Counted from the first letter of the stretch, positions 8,964-18,749 are shown. The stretch: DNA of 36,459 bases from an uncultured Syntrophus sp. (GCA_964403345.1 CAYOGU010000002.1:1-36459), one strand, 5' to 3'. The notes: a model not told the origin generated them from the letters alone. Translations and numbers: made by a program.

Positions 8964-9727
8964 ATGTGGAAAAAGAGATGATCATCACGACTAAGAATGT
9001 GGATTTCTATTACGGTGCCTTCAGGGCCCTGACTGATGTGACGCTGGATTTTGAAAAGAACCGCGTCACCGCTTTGATCGGGCCGTCGGGTTGCGGCAAA
9101 TCAACACTCCTTCGGCTCCTCAACCGGATGAACGATCTCATCGACGGGACGCGGGTGGAGGGGGAGATCCTGTTCGAGGGGAAGAACATCTATGCCCCCG
9201 ACGTGGACCCCGTGGGGATCCGCCAGCGGATCGGGATGGTCTTCCAGAAGCCCAACCCCTTTCCAAAATCGATCTTCAACAATATCACCTTTGCCCCGAG
9301 ACTTTCCGGTGTCAGGAACAACGGCGATCTGGCGAACCTCGTGGAGGAGAGCCTCAAACAGGCGGTCCTGTGGGACGAGGTGAAAGACATCCTGGGAAAA
9401 TCTGCCATGACCCTCTCCGGCGGACAGCAGCAGCGCCTCTGCATCGCCAGGGCGCTGGCCATGAAGCCCGACGTCCTTTTGATGGACGAGCCGACCTCGG
9501 CGCTCGATCCAATCTCCACGGCGAAAATCGAAGAGCTCATCGACGAACTCAAGAGACGCTATACGATCATCATCGTGACGCACAACATGCAGCAGGCGGC
9601 TCGCGTATCGGAATACACCGGTTTTTTCTACCTGGGTAAGTTGATCGAATTCAACGCTACGGAAAAGATCTTCACCAACCCCGATGTGAAGCAGACTGAG
9701 GATTACATCACTGGTCGGTTCGGTTAG
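8957..9727 (+). CDS. pstB: Phosphate ABC transporter ATP-binding protein PstB
   Basis: Walker A is GPSGCGKST, the ABC signature is LSGGQQQRL, and Walker B is [11 protein letters not shown]. The PstB-type N-terminus reads NVDFYYG. The start is either GTG 8957 (overlapping the pstA stop) or ATG 8978. Confidence 0.92.
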   Translation: MVDVEKEMIITTKNVDFYYGAFRALTDVTLDFEKNRVTALIGPSGCGKSTLLRLLNRMNDLIDGTRVEGEILFEGKNIYAPDVDPVGIRQRIGMVFQKPNPFPKSIFNNITFAPRLSGVRNNGDLANLVEESLKQAVLWDEVKDILGKSAMTLSGGQQQRLCIARALAMKPDVLLMDEPTSALDPISTAKIEELIDELKRRYTIIIVTHNMQQAARVSEYTGFFYLGKLIEFNATEKIFTNPDVKQTEDYITGRFG

Positions 9728-9750
9728 GCGTCAGAGCCGAGGGAGGAACC

Positions 9751-10443
9751 ATGGAAGAAGCCAAGCGACATACCAGCGCGGAATACGAGCGTGAGCTCCA
9801 AGAGATACGGGACGGCCTGCTCTACATGGGGGCTCTGACGGAAAAGGCTTTGGAAAAAGGAATCACGGCGCTCGTGGAGAGAGACTCCGCACTGGCCAAA
9901 CAGGTCATCTGCGAAGACGACCAGGTCGACCGTCTCGATTTCGACTTGGAGGAGAAGTGCATTCGCCTTCTGGCTCTCCGCCAGCCCGCCGCCCGGGACC
10001 TGCGGTTCATCACGACATCGATCAAGATCACCGGCCATCTGGAGCGGATCGGCGACATGGCGGCCAACATCGCCGAGAAGGTCCTCATCCTCAACGAGAT
10101 TCCCCAGATCAAGGCCTACATCGATCTGCCGCGGATGGACCAGATCGTCCGGGGGATGATCCGCAGAAGCCTCGACGCTATGGTGAGCGAGGATGTGGAA
10201 CTGGCCCATCGGGTTCGGGAGGAGGATGTCATCATTGATCGGCTTAACGAGCAGATCTTCAGGGAACTGCTCACATTCATGATGGAAGATCCCCATAAGA
10301 TTCAGGTTTGCCTCTACATCATGCAGATCTCCAAGAGTCTCGAACGGATTGCCGATCACGCCGAGGGGATCGCAGACATGGTGATTTACATGATCACGGG
10401 AAAGAGCGTACGACACCAGCCGACTTGCGGACCGAAGGGATGA
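9751..10443 (+). CDS. phoU: Phosphate signalling complex protein PhoU
   Basis: It has two PhoU repeats with the motifs LERIGDMAANIAE and LERIADHAEGIAD. The RBS is GAGGGAGG. Its stop overlaps the phoR ATG (ATGA at 10440-10443). Confidence 0.92.
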   Translation: MEEAKRHTSAEYERELQEIRDGLLYMGALTEKALEKGITALVERDSALAKQVICEDDQVDRLDFDLEEKCIRLLALRQPAARDLRFITTSIKITGHLERIGDMAANIAEKVLILNEIPQIKAYIDLPRMDQIVRGMIRRSLDAMVSEDVELAHRVREEDVIIDRLNEQIFRELLTFMMEDPHKIQVCLYIMQISKSLERIADHAEGIADMVIYMITGKSVRHQPTCGPKG

Positions 10444-12197
10444 AGAGAAGACTCTCCTTCAAGTTCTTTGTCGTCTTCCTTACGATTGGGGGGACTGCGG
10501 CGCTGATCGCCGGGTTCCTGATCGACCGGGAGCTCAAGGGCGTCCTCATGCGCTGGAGCGAGGAAGAGATGGCGGCCGAAGCGCGTCTGATTGCCTTGAT
10601 TCCCCCGAATCAAGTGTCGGCGCGGATTGTGGAATTTTCAGAAAGTGCCGGCGCCAGGATAACCTTGCTTGACGCCGCCGGCCGGGTCCAGGCCGATTCC
10701 AACCCCGCCGCAATCGAGCCGGGGAACCATCTCTACCGGACGGAAGTCCAGGAAGCCCGCCTGAGGGGGGAGGGATCGGCGGTCCGTTACAGCCGGACCC
10801 TGTCGATCGAACTCCAGTATGTGGCCCTTGCCCTGACAGAGGGGGGGGAGATAAAAAGGTACATCCGCTTGGCTCGTCCCGTTCAGGATGTGGTCCGTTC
10901 CATGGAATCCTTCCGGCGGATTTTTCTGTGGGTGCTCGTTCCGGTCCTGTTCATTCCGCTCTTGCTCTGCCTGATCTACAGCATCCGAACGATTTCGCCC
11001 ATCGGGAAGCTGGTGGCCTTCACCGAAAAGGTACAAGTCGGACAGATTTCCGGGATGGTCAGGATTCCTTCCCGGGACGAGATCGGCGTCCTGGCCGCCA
11101 ACATCAACGGGATGGTCGAGGTCCTGCAGGAGAAGATCCACGCCGCTGATGGGGAAAAAAGAAAACTTCAGTCCCTCTTTACCGGTATGGTTGAAGGGAT
11201 CGTCGTCCTCGATGCCGGCGGACGGATCGAGACCCTCAACCGGGGAATGGAGGAGACGATCGGCCGGTCCCAGGGGGAACTCGTCGGCAGGACGCCCCTG
11301 GAGGCCTTCCGGAATATCGCACTCCAAGATGCCTTGGAGCGTTTCCGGCATTCGGGGACTCCAATTTTTCGCGAGATCACCATGGGGGATGAAAACCCGG
11401 TCGTGATGGACGTGACGCTTTCCGCCATCCGGGGGGAAGCCGGCGGAGAGGAGAAGACCCTGTTGGTCTTCCACGACGTGACGCGCCTGAAGAAACTCGA
11501 GCGCGTCCGCACAGACTTCGTGGCCAACGTCACCCACGAGATCCGGACTCCCCTGACGGCGATTATCGGTTTTGTGGAGACCCTCGAGCAAGGGGCTCTT
11601 GTGGACCGGGAGAAGACCTATAAGTTCCTGGCGACAATCCGCGAAAACGCCGAGCGGCTCAATCGCCTTGTGAACGACCTTCTGACCCTCTCCGGGATTG
11701 AGTTGGGCGAGGAAAATCTCCGTCTCGAACGGCTTTCCCTGGAAGGGGCCCTGGATGATGTCCTGGCCCTTGTGACCGCCCGGGTTATTGAGAAGAATCT
11801 GAAGCTCATCCGGGAGGTCCCGGAAGGACTGCCGCCCATCCGGGCCGACCGGGACCGGCTGACCCAGATCCTGCTCAACGTCCTGGACAACGCCGTCAAG
11901 TTTACACCGGCCGGCGGGTCTATCGCTGTCACGGCTGAACCCGGTGATGAGAGGACCCTGATCGTCCGGATCGCCGACACGGGTGTGGGCATCCCCAAGG
12001 GGGAGATCCCTCGGCTGGGCGAGCGGTTTTATCGGGCGGACAAGACGCGTTCACGGGAAATGGGGGGCACGGGCCTGGGGCTTTCGATCGTCAAACACCT
12101 GATGAAGGCCCATGGGGGACGGATGGCCATCGAGAGCACCCTGGGCCACGGCACCACGGTCTCGCTCCATTTTCCCCTCTATGAGGAGTCGACATGA
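10440..12197 (+). CDS. phoR: Phosphate-regulon sensor histidine kinase PhoR-like (TM - HAMP - PAS - HisKA - HATPase)
   Basis: Track ORF is 10308..12197. ATG 10440 gives MKRRLSFKFFVVFLTIGG (TM). The H-box is FVANVTHEIRTPLTAI. The N/G boxes are LLNVLDNAVKF and GGTGLGLSIVKHL. Its position between phoU and phoB supports the call. Confidence 0.88.
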   Translation: MKRRLSFKFFVVFLTIGGTAALIAGFLIDRELKGVLMRWSEEEMAAEARLIALIPPNQVSARIVEFSESAGARITLLDAAGRVQADSNPAAIEPGNHLYRTEVQEARLRGEGSAVRYSRTLSIELQYVALALTEGGEIKRYIRLARPVQDVVRSMESFRRIFLWVLVPVLFIPLLLCLIYSIRTISPIGKLVAFTEKVQVGQISGMVRIPSRDEIGVLAANINGMVEVLQEKIHAADGEKRKLQSLFTGMVEGIVVLDAGGRIETLNRGMEETIGRSQGELVGRTPLEAFRNIALQDALERFRHSGTPIFREITMGDENPVVMDVTLSAIRGEAGGEEKTLLVFHDVTRLKKLERVRTDFVANVTHEIRTPLTAIIGFVETLEQGALVDREKTYKFLATIRENAERLNRLVNDLLTLSGIELGEENLRLERLSLEGALDDVLALVTARVIEKNLKLIREVPEGLPPIRADRDRLTQILLNVLDNAVKFTPAGGSIAVTAEPGDERTLIVRIADTGVGIPKGEIPRLGERFYRADKTRSREMGGTGLGLSIVKHLMKAHGGRMAIESTLGHGTTVSLHFPLYEEST

Positions 12198-12898
12198 TGC
12201 AGAAGAGGATCCTCGTTGCCGACGACGAGAAGGACATCGTGGAACTGGTTGCCTACAATCTCGAACGGGAAGGATTCTCCGTCCTGAAGGCCTTGAATGG
12301 CGGAAGCGCCCTGGAATCGATCCGGCGTGACAAGCCGGACCTGGTCGTCTTGGACCTGATGATGCCCGGGGTATCGGGAACAGAGGTATGCCGGATCGTC
12401 CGGGGCATCCCCGAGACGGCGAATCTGCCCATTATCATGCTGACCGCCAAGTCCGAACCTGTGGACCGGATCCTGGGACTGGAGATCGGGGCGGACGACT
12501 ACCTTACCAAGCCTTTTCATGTTCGGGAGCTGATCGCCAGGGTCCGCGCCGTCCTGAGGCGATCGGATCAGCACCCAGAGGAAAACCTCCGGGAGTCTTT
12601 CGATTTCCAGGGGCTCCACGTCGATTTGAAGGCCTACCGCGTGACCCTCGAGGGCAGGGAGGTCGAGCTCAGTTCCCGCGAGTTCAAACTACTGCAATTC
12701 TTCATTGGCCATCCCGGCCGTGTTTACAGCCGCGAACAGCTTCTCGACCGCGTCTGGGGTGACGAGGCTTTTGTGGAACCCCGGACGGTGGATGTCCACA
12801 TCAGCCGCCTAAGGGGGGCAATCGAGGCGGACCCTTCGAACCCACGGTATATCCTGACCGTCCGCGGTATCGGCTACAAGTTCGCAGACGAAGCCTGA
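12194..12898 (+). CDS. phoB: OmpR-family response regulator PhoB-like
   Basis: The receiver domain reads ILVADDEKDI...DLVVLDLMMPG...LTAK. The winged-helix output domain reads LSSREFKLLQFF...VDVHISRLR...IRGIGYKF. Its start overlaps the phoR stop. Confidence 0.9.
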   Translation: MMQKRILVADDEKDIVELVAYNLEREGFSVLKALNGGSALESIRRDKPDLVVLDLMMPGVSGTEVCRIVRGIPETANLPIIMLTAKSEPVDRILGLEIGADDYLTKPFHVRELIARVRAVLRRSDQHPEENLRESFDFQGLHVDLKAYRVTLEGREVELSSREFKLLQFFIGHPGRVYSREQLLDRVWGDEAFVEPRTVDVHISRLRGAIEADPSNPRYILTVRGIGYKFADEA

Positions 12899-12920
12899 AG
12901 AGCAGACTTCCCGCCCTTTC

Positions 12921-12974
12921 GTCATCCTTTATTCACGGGGCCTTCATCAAGGGATAACAATTCCGTTCTAGGAT
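12921..12974 (+). promoter_or_regulatory. Putative Pho box plus -10, promoter of the EAL-CBS-GGDEF gene
   Basis: GTCAT 12921, TTCAC 12932, TTCAT 12943 and ATAAC 12954 are spaced exactly 11 bp apart. Ten nt later comes TAGGAT (12969-12974). Confidence 0.6.
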
Positions 12975-13085
12975 GACGTCATTTCGGCTGAAAACCATGC
13001 AACCCGGACCTGTTCCAAAGAGGTTCACAAAAAGGTTCCAGAGGAAGGACTGAGTCCGGAATAATAATGAGTCAGAGGGAAAAAC

Positions 13086-14924
13086 ATGTATGCCCAGCTG
13101 ATGGAAGAGGCTTCCCGTGATGTGGAGGTCCCCAGCCGCTCCAGGGATGTCGGGGAGACGGAGGTGGATGCCTTTGTCGAGTCGATTCAGGTGACTCCCC
13201 ATTTCCACCCGGTGATCGATCTTTTCTCCGCCTCGGTCACGGGGTTTGAAATCCTCTCCAGAGGCGTCGCCCCTTATGAGACTCCCTGCCGGATGTTCTC
13301 GGCTGCCAAACAGCGGGGGGCGACCTGGGAACTGGAGAGGGCCTGCCGTGTCGCCGCCATGAGGAAGATCGCCTCCCTTCCAGAGCCGTTCCGAAAAGTC
13401 CAGTTTTTTATCAACGTCAGCCCGGATATCTTCAGCGACCCCCGTTTCATCGAGAAATTCACCCAGAAGCGCCTCAGGGAGTATGGCATCGATCAGAGGC
13501 AGATCGTCATCGAGATCACCGAGGAAAAGACTTTCGAGGATTTCAAGCAGTTCGGGACGCTGGTCGCCCATTACGCGAACCAGGGTTTCAAAATCGCTGT
13601 GGACGACTTCGGGTCCGGTTATTCGGGGCTGGTGACCCTGATTGCCTCGACCCCCCATTACTTGAAACTAGATATGGCGATCGTCAGGGATGTCCACCGC
13701 CACGACTACAAACAGAAGATCGTCAAGGCCATTACGGCATTTGCTTCCAGCGTCAACGCCAGGTTGATCGCTGAAGGCGTCGAGTCTTTGGATGAGTTGG
13801 AGGTTCTGGTCCGGTACGGCGTCCGGTATGCCCAGGGCTTCCTCTTCGGTCGGCCCGAGCGGGAACCCTATGCCCTCAAAGAGGAGATGAGAAAGAAACT
13901 CAGGGCGCTGATCGACAAGTACGACCAAGCCACGATCGATGTGGACGAGAAGGTCGCGAGTCTCGTGATCCGCCCCATGACGATCGCCGCCCACACCCTG
14001 CACTGCAAGGATCTGGATATGATATTCAAAAAGCGGACCCATTTGGATCACGTAATCCTCCTCGACGGAGAAAGCATCGCCGGGATGATCACGCGACAGA
14101 ATTTCTATGCGGAAACCGGCGGCGCCTTCGGATATCAACTCTTCCAGAAGAAGCCAGTCGAGGTCGTCTGCAAACCCAATCCCCTGATCGTCGAGGACAA
14201 GATGACGGTGACGATGATGGCGAAACTGGCGATGGATCGCCTTTCGGAAGACCTGTACGATCCGGTTCTGGTGGTGGATGCCGAAGGGAAATTCATGGGG
14301 ACCGTGACCATGAAGCAGGTGATGACCAAATCGCTGGAACTGGAGATCCGCTCCGCCATGGGGGTCAACCCCCTGACGGGATTGCCGGGTAATAACGCGA
14401 TTCACCGCTGGATCCATGATGCCCTGGCTTGGTCCGAATATTCGATCATTTATATCGATCTCGACCATTTCAAGGTTTACAACGACACCTATGGGTTTCT
14501 CATGGGGGATGAGATGCTTTGCCTTACAGCACGGGTCCTGGGCGACTGGCTGAACCGGCTTCCGGAGGGGGCCAGGTTGGGACATATCGGCGGCGACGAC
14601 TTTGTGATCGTTAACCGGGGCATCATTCGGGGAGAGGTATTGGAATGCCTGTGTAGCGGCTTTGATGCCGAGAAACTCGGTCTTTTCAAGAACGAAGACG
14701 TCGAAAGGGGTTGTATCCTTGGAGCGGCGGACCGTCAGGGCAATCCGCTCATCACGCCGCTGATCACCATGAGCGTGGCTGTTATTGACAGCAGCAAAGT
14801 TTGGGTGGACCCGCATCCGGCCCTCTTTTCGGAAGTCGCCGCTTCGCTGAAAAAGAAGGTCAAAAGGCTGACGGCAGAAACAGGGAAGAGTGGATATCTC
14901 TTAGAGCAACGGCTCCATGTTTGA
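13086..14924 (+). CDS. EAL - CBS pair - GGDEF(GGDDF) cyclic-di-GMP turnover protein
   Basis: The EAL-domain residues look intact: GFEILSR, FFINVSP, IEITEE, AVDDFGSGYSG, LKLDMAIV, AEGVES, AQGFLFGRP. A central CBS-like region follows. The C-terminal cyclase fold reads YIDLDHFKVYNDTYGFLMGDEML but has GGDDF instead of GG(D/E)EF and no RxxD I-site. Confidence 0.88.
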   Translation: MYAQLMEEASRDVEVPSRSRDVGETEVDAFVESIQVTPHFHPVIDLFSASVTGFEILSRGVAPYETPCRMFSAAKQRGATWELERACRVAAMRKIASLPEPFRKVQFFINVSPDIFSDPRFIEKFTQKRLREYGIDQRQIVIEITEEKTFEDFKQFGTLVAHYANQGFKIAVDDFGSGYSGLVTLIASTPHYLKLDMAIVRDVHRHDYKQKIVKAITAFASSVNARLIAEGVESLDELEVLVRYGVRYAQGFLFGRPEREPYALKEEMRKKLRALIDKYDQATIDVDEKVASLVIRPMTIAAHTLHCKDLDMIFKKRTHLDHVILLDGESIAGMITRQNFYAETGGAFGYQLFQKKPVEVVCKPNPLIVEDKMTVTMMAKLAMDRLSEDLYDPVLVVDAEGKFMGTVTMKQVMTKSLELEIRSAMGVNPLTGLPGNNAIHRWIHDALAWSEYSIIYIDLDHFKVYNDTYGFLMGDEMLCLTARVLGDWLNRLPEGARLGHIGGDDFVIVNRGIIRGEVLECLCSGFDAEKLGLFKNEDVERGCILGAADRQGNPLITPLITMSVAVIDSSKVWVDPHPALFSEVAASLKKKVKRLTAETGKSGYLLEQRLHV

Positions 14925-15015
14925 TGGGCCTTCCGGACTCCGCCGCCGGGTGAAAAAGGGCGAAGACCGGCCCGGTCAGGTGGGTGGACCTTCACCATAA
15001 CGGACCTTCCGAAAG

Positions 15016-15996
15016 ATGATGAGGAAGCGCTGGATCATTCTGGGAGCATGCCTGCTGATTGGTCTCGCGCTTTTCTTCGTCCATCAGCGGTTCAACAGCG
15101 CTGTTCCCAGGTTTCATGATTCACCCAGGATGACCGCAGATTCCGAAAGACGTTCCACTCGCTGGTACCGCAAGAGCGCCTTCACCAGACTGAGGGGCGT
15201 TGCTTTGGTTGTTCACGGCTTGAACATGAAGCCTGATAGGATGGAATTCCTGATCAAGTGGTTGAACCATGCGGGCATCGAAGCCCTGAATCTGTCGCTC
15301 CACGGACACGGCGAGAACTATTTCCAGAGTGAGGAGAGGAATTGCGAGGAGGCGAGGCTGGATTCCTTCCGAACCGTGACCTACCGGCTCTGGTCGGACG
15401 AGGTGTATGTCGCTTATCAAAAGGCCAAGCAGCGCGCTCGGCAAAAGGGGGTTCCTCTCTTCCTGGTCGGATATTCCCTGGGGGGGCTTCTGGGATGCGA
15501 GTTGCAGGTTTCCATGCCCGACGTTTTCTTCGACCGGATGGCCCTATTCTCCCCTGCCCTCAGGATTACCCTGAAGCCCTATCTCCTCAAAGTCCTCATG
15601 CCGTTCCCGGACCTGGTGCTCGACAGCCTGTCGCCGGAGGCTTATCGCGCTAATGCCGGGACACCCATGGCCGGTTACAAGGCCCTGTTCGAGGCCCTGA
15701 CCCTTTTCGAGGAGAACCGGAACGATAAACTGAACGTGCCGACGGTTGTCTTCCTGGATCGAGAGGACGAATTTATCTCTTACGACGATTTGGCTCAGAT
15801 GATTGCTACCGGTCATCTCGACCGATGGCGGATCGTCGACGTGCAGAAGGATCCGCCGGAGGCCGCGTTGTACGCCCATCATCTGATGATCGACGAGACC
15901 GCAGTCGGACGGATCATGTGGTCGAAAATGCAGGCCGTGCTTCTTTCGCACCTAGTCGGCGATGGTACGCTGGGTTCCCGTTTACGAGGAAGGTGA
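15016..15996 (+). CDS. Membrane-anchored alpha/beta-hydrolase (lipase/lysophospholipase-like)
   Basis: It has an N-terminal anchor (RWIILGACLLIGLALFFV). The oxyanion-type motif is VVHGLNMKPD and the nucleophile elbow is GYSLGG. There is no separate promoter motif, so it is likely co-transcribed with the preceding gene. Confidence 0.7.
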   Translation: MMRKRWIILGACLLIGLALFFVHQRFNSAVPRFHDSPRMTADSERRSTRWYRKSAFTRLRGVALVVHGLNMKPDRMEFLIKWLNHAGIEALNLSLHGHGENYFQSEERNCEEARLDSFRTVTYRLWSDEVYVAYQKAKQRARQKGVPLFLVGYSLGGLLGCELQVSMPDVFFDRMALFSPALRITLKPYLLKVLMPFPDLVLDSLSPEAYRANAGTPMAGYKALFEALTLFEENRNDKLNVPTVVFLDREDEFISYDDLAQMIATGHLDRWRIVDVQKDPPEAALYAHHLMIDETAVGRIMWSKMQAVLLSHLVGDGTLGSRLRGR

Positions 15997-16023
15997 ATCG
16001 GTGGATGGTTCGCACGCCGCGGC

Positions 16024-18465
16024 TTAGTGGTGGACAGCGTCCAGACGGTCGTCTGCGTTCTCGATGGGAGCGCGTACGCGTTCCGCCTCCCGGCGATCGA
16101 AGCGGATGGTGACGATCAGAATGGAAATCAGTCTACGCAGGAGTTCCGGAGGGACATTTCTGTCGCTGACGGCGTATCTGAGGGATTCGGAGCAAACGCC
16201 TTCACCGCCGATCGCCCGCCGGAGGCCGTTCAGGAAATCTCTTTCGCTGCAATCGGCGGCATCGATGCGCTGCAGATCTTCCTCGAGAAAGCGGACCCCT
16301 TCCAGAGCATGGGCCTTGCGCAGGTCGTTGCGGTAGTAGTCCTCGGCGCTGCGGTTGAAGTCAGCGGCCTGCATCTCCATCGGGGAGGCGGCCTTGGCCT
16401 TTTGGAGGATGGCCTGCGTCAGTTTTCCCAGGGCGGAATGGCGGTCGGGGTCTTCCAGCCTCTTTTCAAGGTCGGCGATCCTTTCGGCCATCCCGAGAAC
16501 TTTAATCAGATTCGCCCCGTCTTTCCGGATAATCCGCACGAGGGCCCGGCAATACTCCCGGTGGTGGACCCTCCAGTAGCCGGGATAGCGCCGGCTGGCT
16601 CTGACACGTTGGGTATTTTCGATGATCCGCTGTAGGAAAAGGTTCTGGGTGTCCTGCCGGACGAAAAAGGTGGGGATGCCCACGGCCCGCCCGAAGACAA
16701 TTTGCCGTCTCTCGCTCTCGACAAAGGGACCGTCGGGGATGCGGTTGTGGTCGGCGAGACCTTCGGCAATATACTGGAACGCTAGGGCCGTGAGGAGGTT
16801 CTGCAGATCCACGGCCCCGGCCATATCCTCTTCGAGACTGAAGAAGAGGCTGTAGGAGCGTCCTTCGAAACCGGAAAACCCCATGGTGGCATACTCACGG
16901 AGTTTGTTGAACAGGTAGAGGGACATCCGCTTGTCGAAGACGCCCAGCTCGGCAAGATCCTGCTTGAGTCGGTCATGGTTGTGAAGCATTCCGTCCAGTG
17001 CCGGGCTCTTTTCTGTGCTCCTCAGGGCCACTAGGTAATCGATGAGGCGGAAGTCAGGGAGAAAATCGCCGCGGAGCCTGAAAATGTTACGGATCGCCCT
17101 GTCGAGCCAGGGGGGGCCGAAGGGGGTCACTGTTTTCCTAAAGATGTTGATGTCCGCCTTCTTCTGCCAACGCCTCCAGAGCATGCGCAGGTGGTCGAAA
17201 TCCAGTTCATGGGGAAGGAACCCCAAGACGCATTCCGGATGGAATTCCGAGTAGTCGAGCCGGTAGGGGGTCGCACTGTAAGTACCCACGAAGAGGGGGA
17301 GGAAATGCTCCAGGATTTTGATGACCAGATCCCCGAGGTATTTCTCGTGGCGGGACGTGAAGCCGGAGGCCGGGTCCTTCAGAAGAGCGGTGAGTTTCCG
17401 GCTGCCGAGGCTGACGTGCGTTCCATTGTTGGCCAGACTGATGTTGGAAGTATTCGGAAGGACCACGAGGTTGCGCGTGATGATGCCCGATTCGCGGAGC
17501 TTCCCCAGGGCATTGAGCTGGCTGCGGCTCAGGACCCGATGACACAGGTGCATGTATTCCTTTTTGATCTCGCCGCGGTTCCAACCCGACAGGCAGGGGT
17601 TCATGAAAAGTTCTCGATAAAAGGCGTCGGAGATGCATGCGTTAAGCCTCTTCTGGCGGATTGGTGGATGGGGCGAGTAGAATACCATCGCTCTCTGCCC
17701 GCTCTGCATAAGGCCGAAACGCTGGTTAGCGTACTGAACGAGCAGTTGCGTCAGGAGGAACCGCTTTGCCGATTCCCTGGCCACCTCTCGGCCCATCCCG
17801 GTCCGGGGAGTTAGGGACGAAACCTGGAAGGAACATATCTCGGGCGAGGTGTTGTCGCTCAGGAAGTGATCCATCAACCTGCGTCCAGTCTCGGCCACGG
17901 CGGGGGGCTGTCCGTCGATCGCCTCGGCCAGGGAGAGCTTCAACAGATAACTGATCGGGATGCGGAGATATTCCCGGCCTTCCTGCCGGAAAGTGAAATC
18001 GGTCAGGTCGGTTCGGTATCCCTGGGAGGGGTCGGCCTTATCCGCCAAGAGGTCGCCATTGAGGATCCCTTGGGCGAAGAGTCCCAGCATGTCCCTGGGG
18101 AAGCGGACCCAGCTGTTTTCCCACACGCCGTCGACATTATCCTGGAGGTACTTTTCCAGCTCGGTCATCGCCCGTCCTGGCAGTTCGCCGGAGGCCCTCC
18201 GCCGGATGATGTTGGCCAGGTAGTTGGACCGTGCAATCGTGATGGGGAGATCGACATCTTCCCTCTTTCCGATCACGATGGCCTGAAGCTCAGTTTCGCT
18301 TCCGGCAGTCGTGTCGTAAAGGGAGAAGGGCAGGGCCTCGGCATCAATGCCGGACGGCCCGTAAACGCCAAATTTTTCCGTCGCCTCCCGGGCGGAGAGA
18401 AGACGTTCCTCCGGGCCCCGCATCGGGACCAGGGGGAGGGAGAGGGAGTTTTCAATTCTGCTCAC
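16024..18465 (-). CDS. Large (813 aa) cytoplasmic protein of unknown function; I recognise no family
   Basis: The ORF is uninterrupted and has coding-like composition. GTG start 18465 follows AAGGAA at 6-nt spacing. No TM segment, signal peptide, Walker motif or other motif I can name is present. The antisense ORFs over it are R/G/P-rich shadows. Confidence 0.75.
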   Translation of the reverse strand: MSRIENSLSLPLVPMRGPEERLLSAREATEKFGVYGPSGIDAEALPFSLYDTTAGSETELQAIVIGKREDVDLPITIARSNYLANIIRRRASGELPGRAMTELEKYLQDNVDGVWENSWVRFPRDMLGLFAQGILNGDLLADKADPSQGYRTDLTDFTFRQEGREYLRIPISYLLKLSLAEAIDGQPPAVAETGRRLMDHFLSDNTSPEICSFQVSSLTPRTGMGREVARESAKRFLLTQLLVQYANQRFGLMQSGQRAMVFYSPHPPIRQKRLNACISDAFYRELFMNPCLSGWNRGEIKKEYMHLCHRVLSRSQLNALGKLRESGIITRNLVVLPNTSNISLANNGTHVSLGSRKLTALLKDPASGFTSRHEKYLGDLVIKILEHFLPLFVGTYSATPYRLDYSEFHPECVLGFLPHELDFDHLRMLWRRWQKKADINIFRKTVTPFGPPWLDRAIRNIFRLRGDFLPDFRLIDYLVALRSTEKSPALDGMLHNHDRLKQDLAELGVFDKRMSLYLFNKLREYATMGFSGFEGRSYSLFFSLEEDMAGAVDLQNLLTALAFQYIAEGLADHNRIPDGPFVESERRQIVFGRAVGIPTFFVRQDTQNLFLQRIIENTQRVRASRRYPGYWRVHHREYCRALVRIIRKDGANLIKVLGMAERIADLEKRLEDPDRHSALGKLTQAILQKAKAASPMEMQAADFNRSAEDYYRNDLRKAHALEGVRFLEEDLQRIDAADCSERDFLNGLRRAIGGEGVCSESLRYAVSDRNVPPELLRRLISILIVTIRFDRREAERVRAPIENADDRLDAVHH

Positions 18466-18514
18466 AGACAGTTCCTTTCGAAAGGTTTTCTGATTCTCTT
18501 AAATTCGATTCGTT

Positions 18515-18566
18515 TCTATACGATTCCTGTGACGAGGTGATGACGTTTGGATGAATCCTCCGTGAA
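18515..18566 (-). promoter_or_regulatory. Putative Pho box plus -10 for the 813-aa gene (minus strand)
   Basis: Read on the minus strand, the pentamers are TTCAC (c18562-18566), TTCAT (c18551-18555), GTCAT (c18540-18544) and GTCAC (c18529-18533), at exact 11-bp phasing. TATAGA (c18515-18520) follows after 8 nt. Confidence 0.6.
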
Positions 18567-18692
18567 ACTTGGGCGGAAAGGCGACCGGTGAAGGATCTTC
18601 GCGTTAGCCTTTCTTAAGTTTGCCGTTTTATATGGATGATTCTGATGACCGAATGGATGGTATTCCCATGGAATGGAGCAGCCGACTTCGAT

Positions 18693-18749
18693 TTCATGAG
18701 ATCTTAACGACTCCGTCATATTCGCGTTACAGTTTGATGATTGGATAAT
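18693..18749 (+). promoter_or_regulatory. Putative Pho box plus -10 for the ATP-grasp/amphi-Trp/kinase operon
   Basis: TTCAT 18693, TTAAC 18704, GTCAT 18715 and GTTAC 18726 are spaced exactly 11 bp apart. GATAAT (18744-18749) follows after 13 nt. It lies in the AT-richer divergent intergenic region. Confidence 0.6.

Noticed and set aside
12933-13658. A 241-aa minus-strand ORF opposite the start of the EAL-CBS-GGDEF gene.
   Set aside because: It is antisense to a gene with complete EAL motifs, and its 3' part covers the promoter and Pho-box region. No family features are present.
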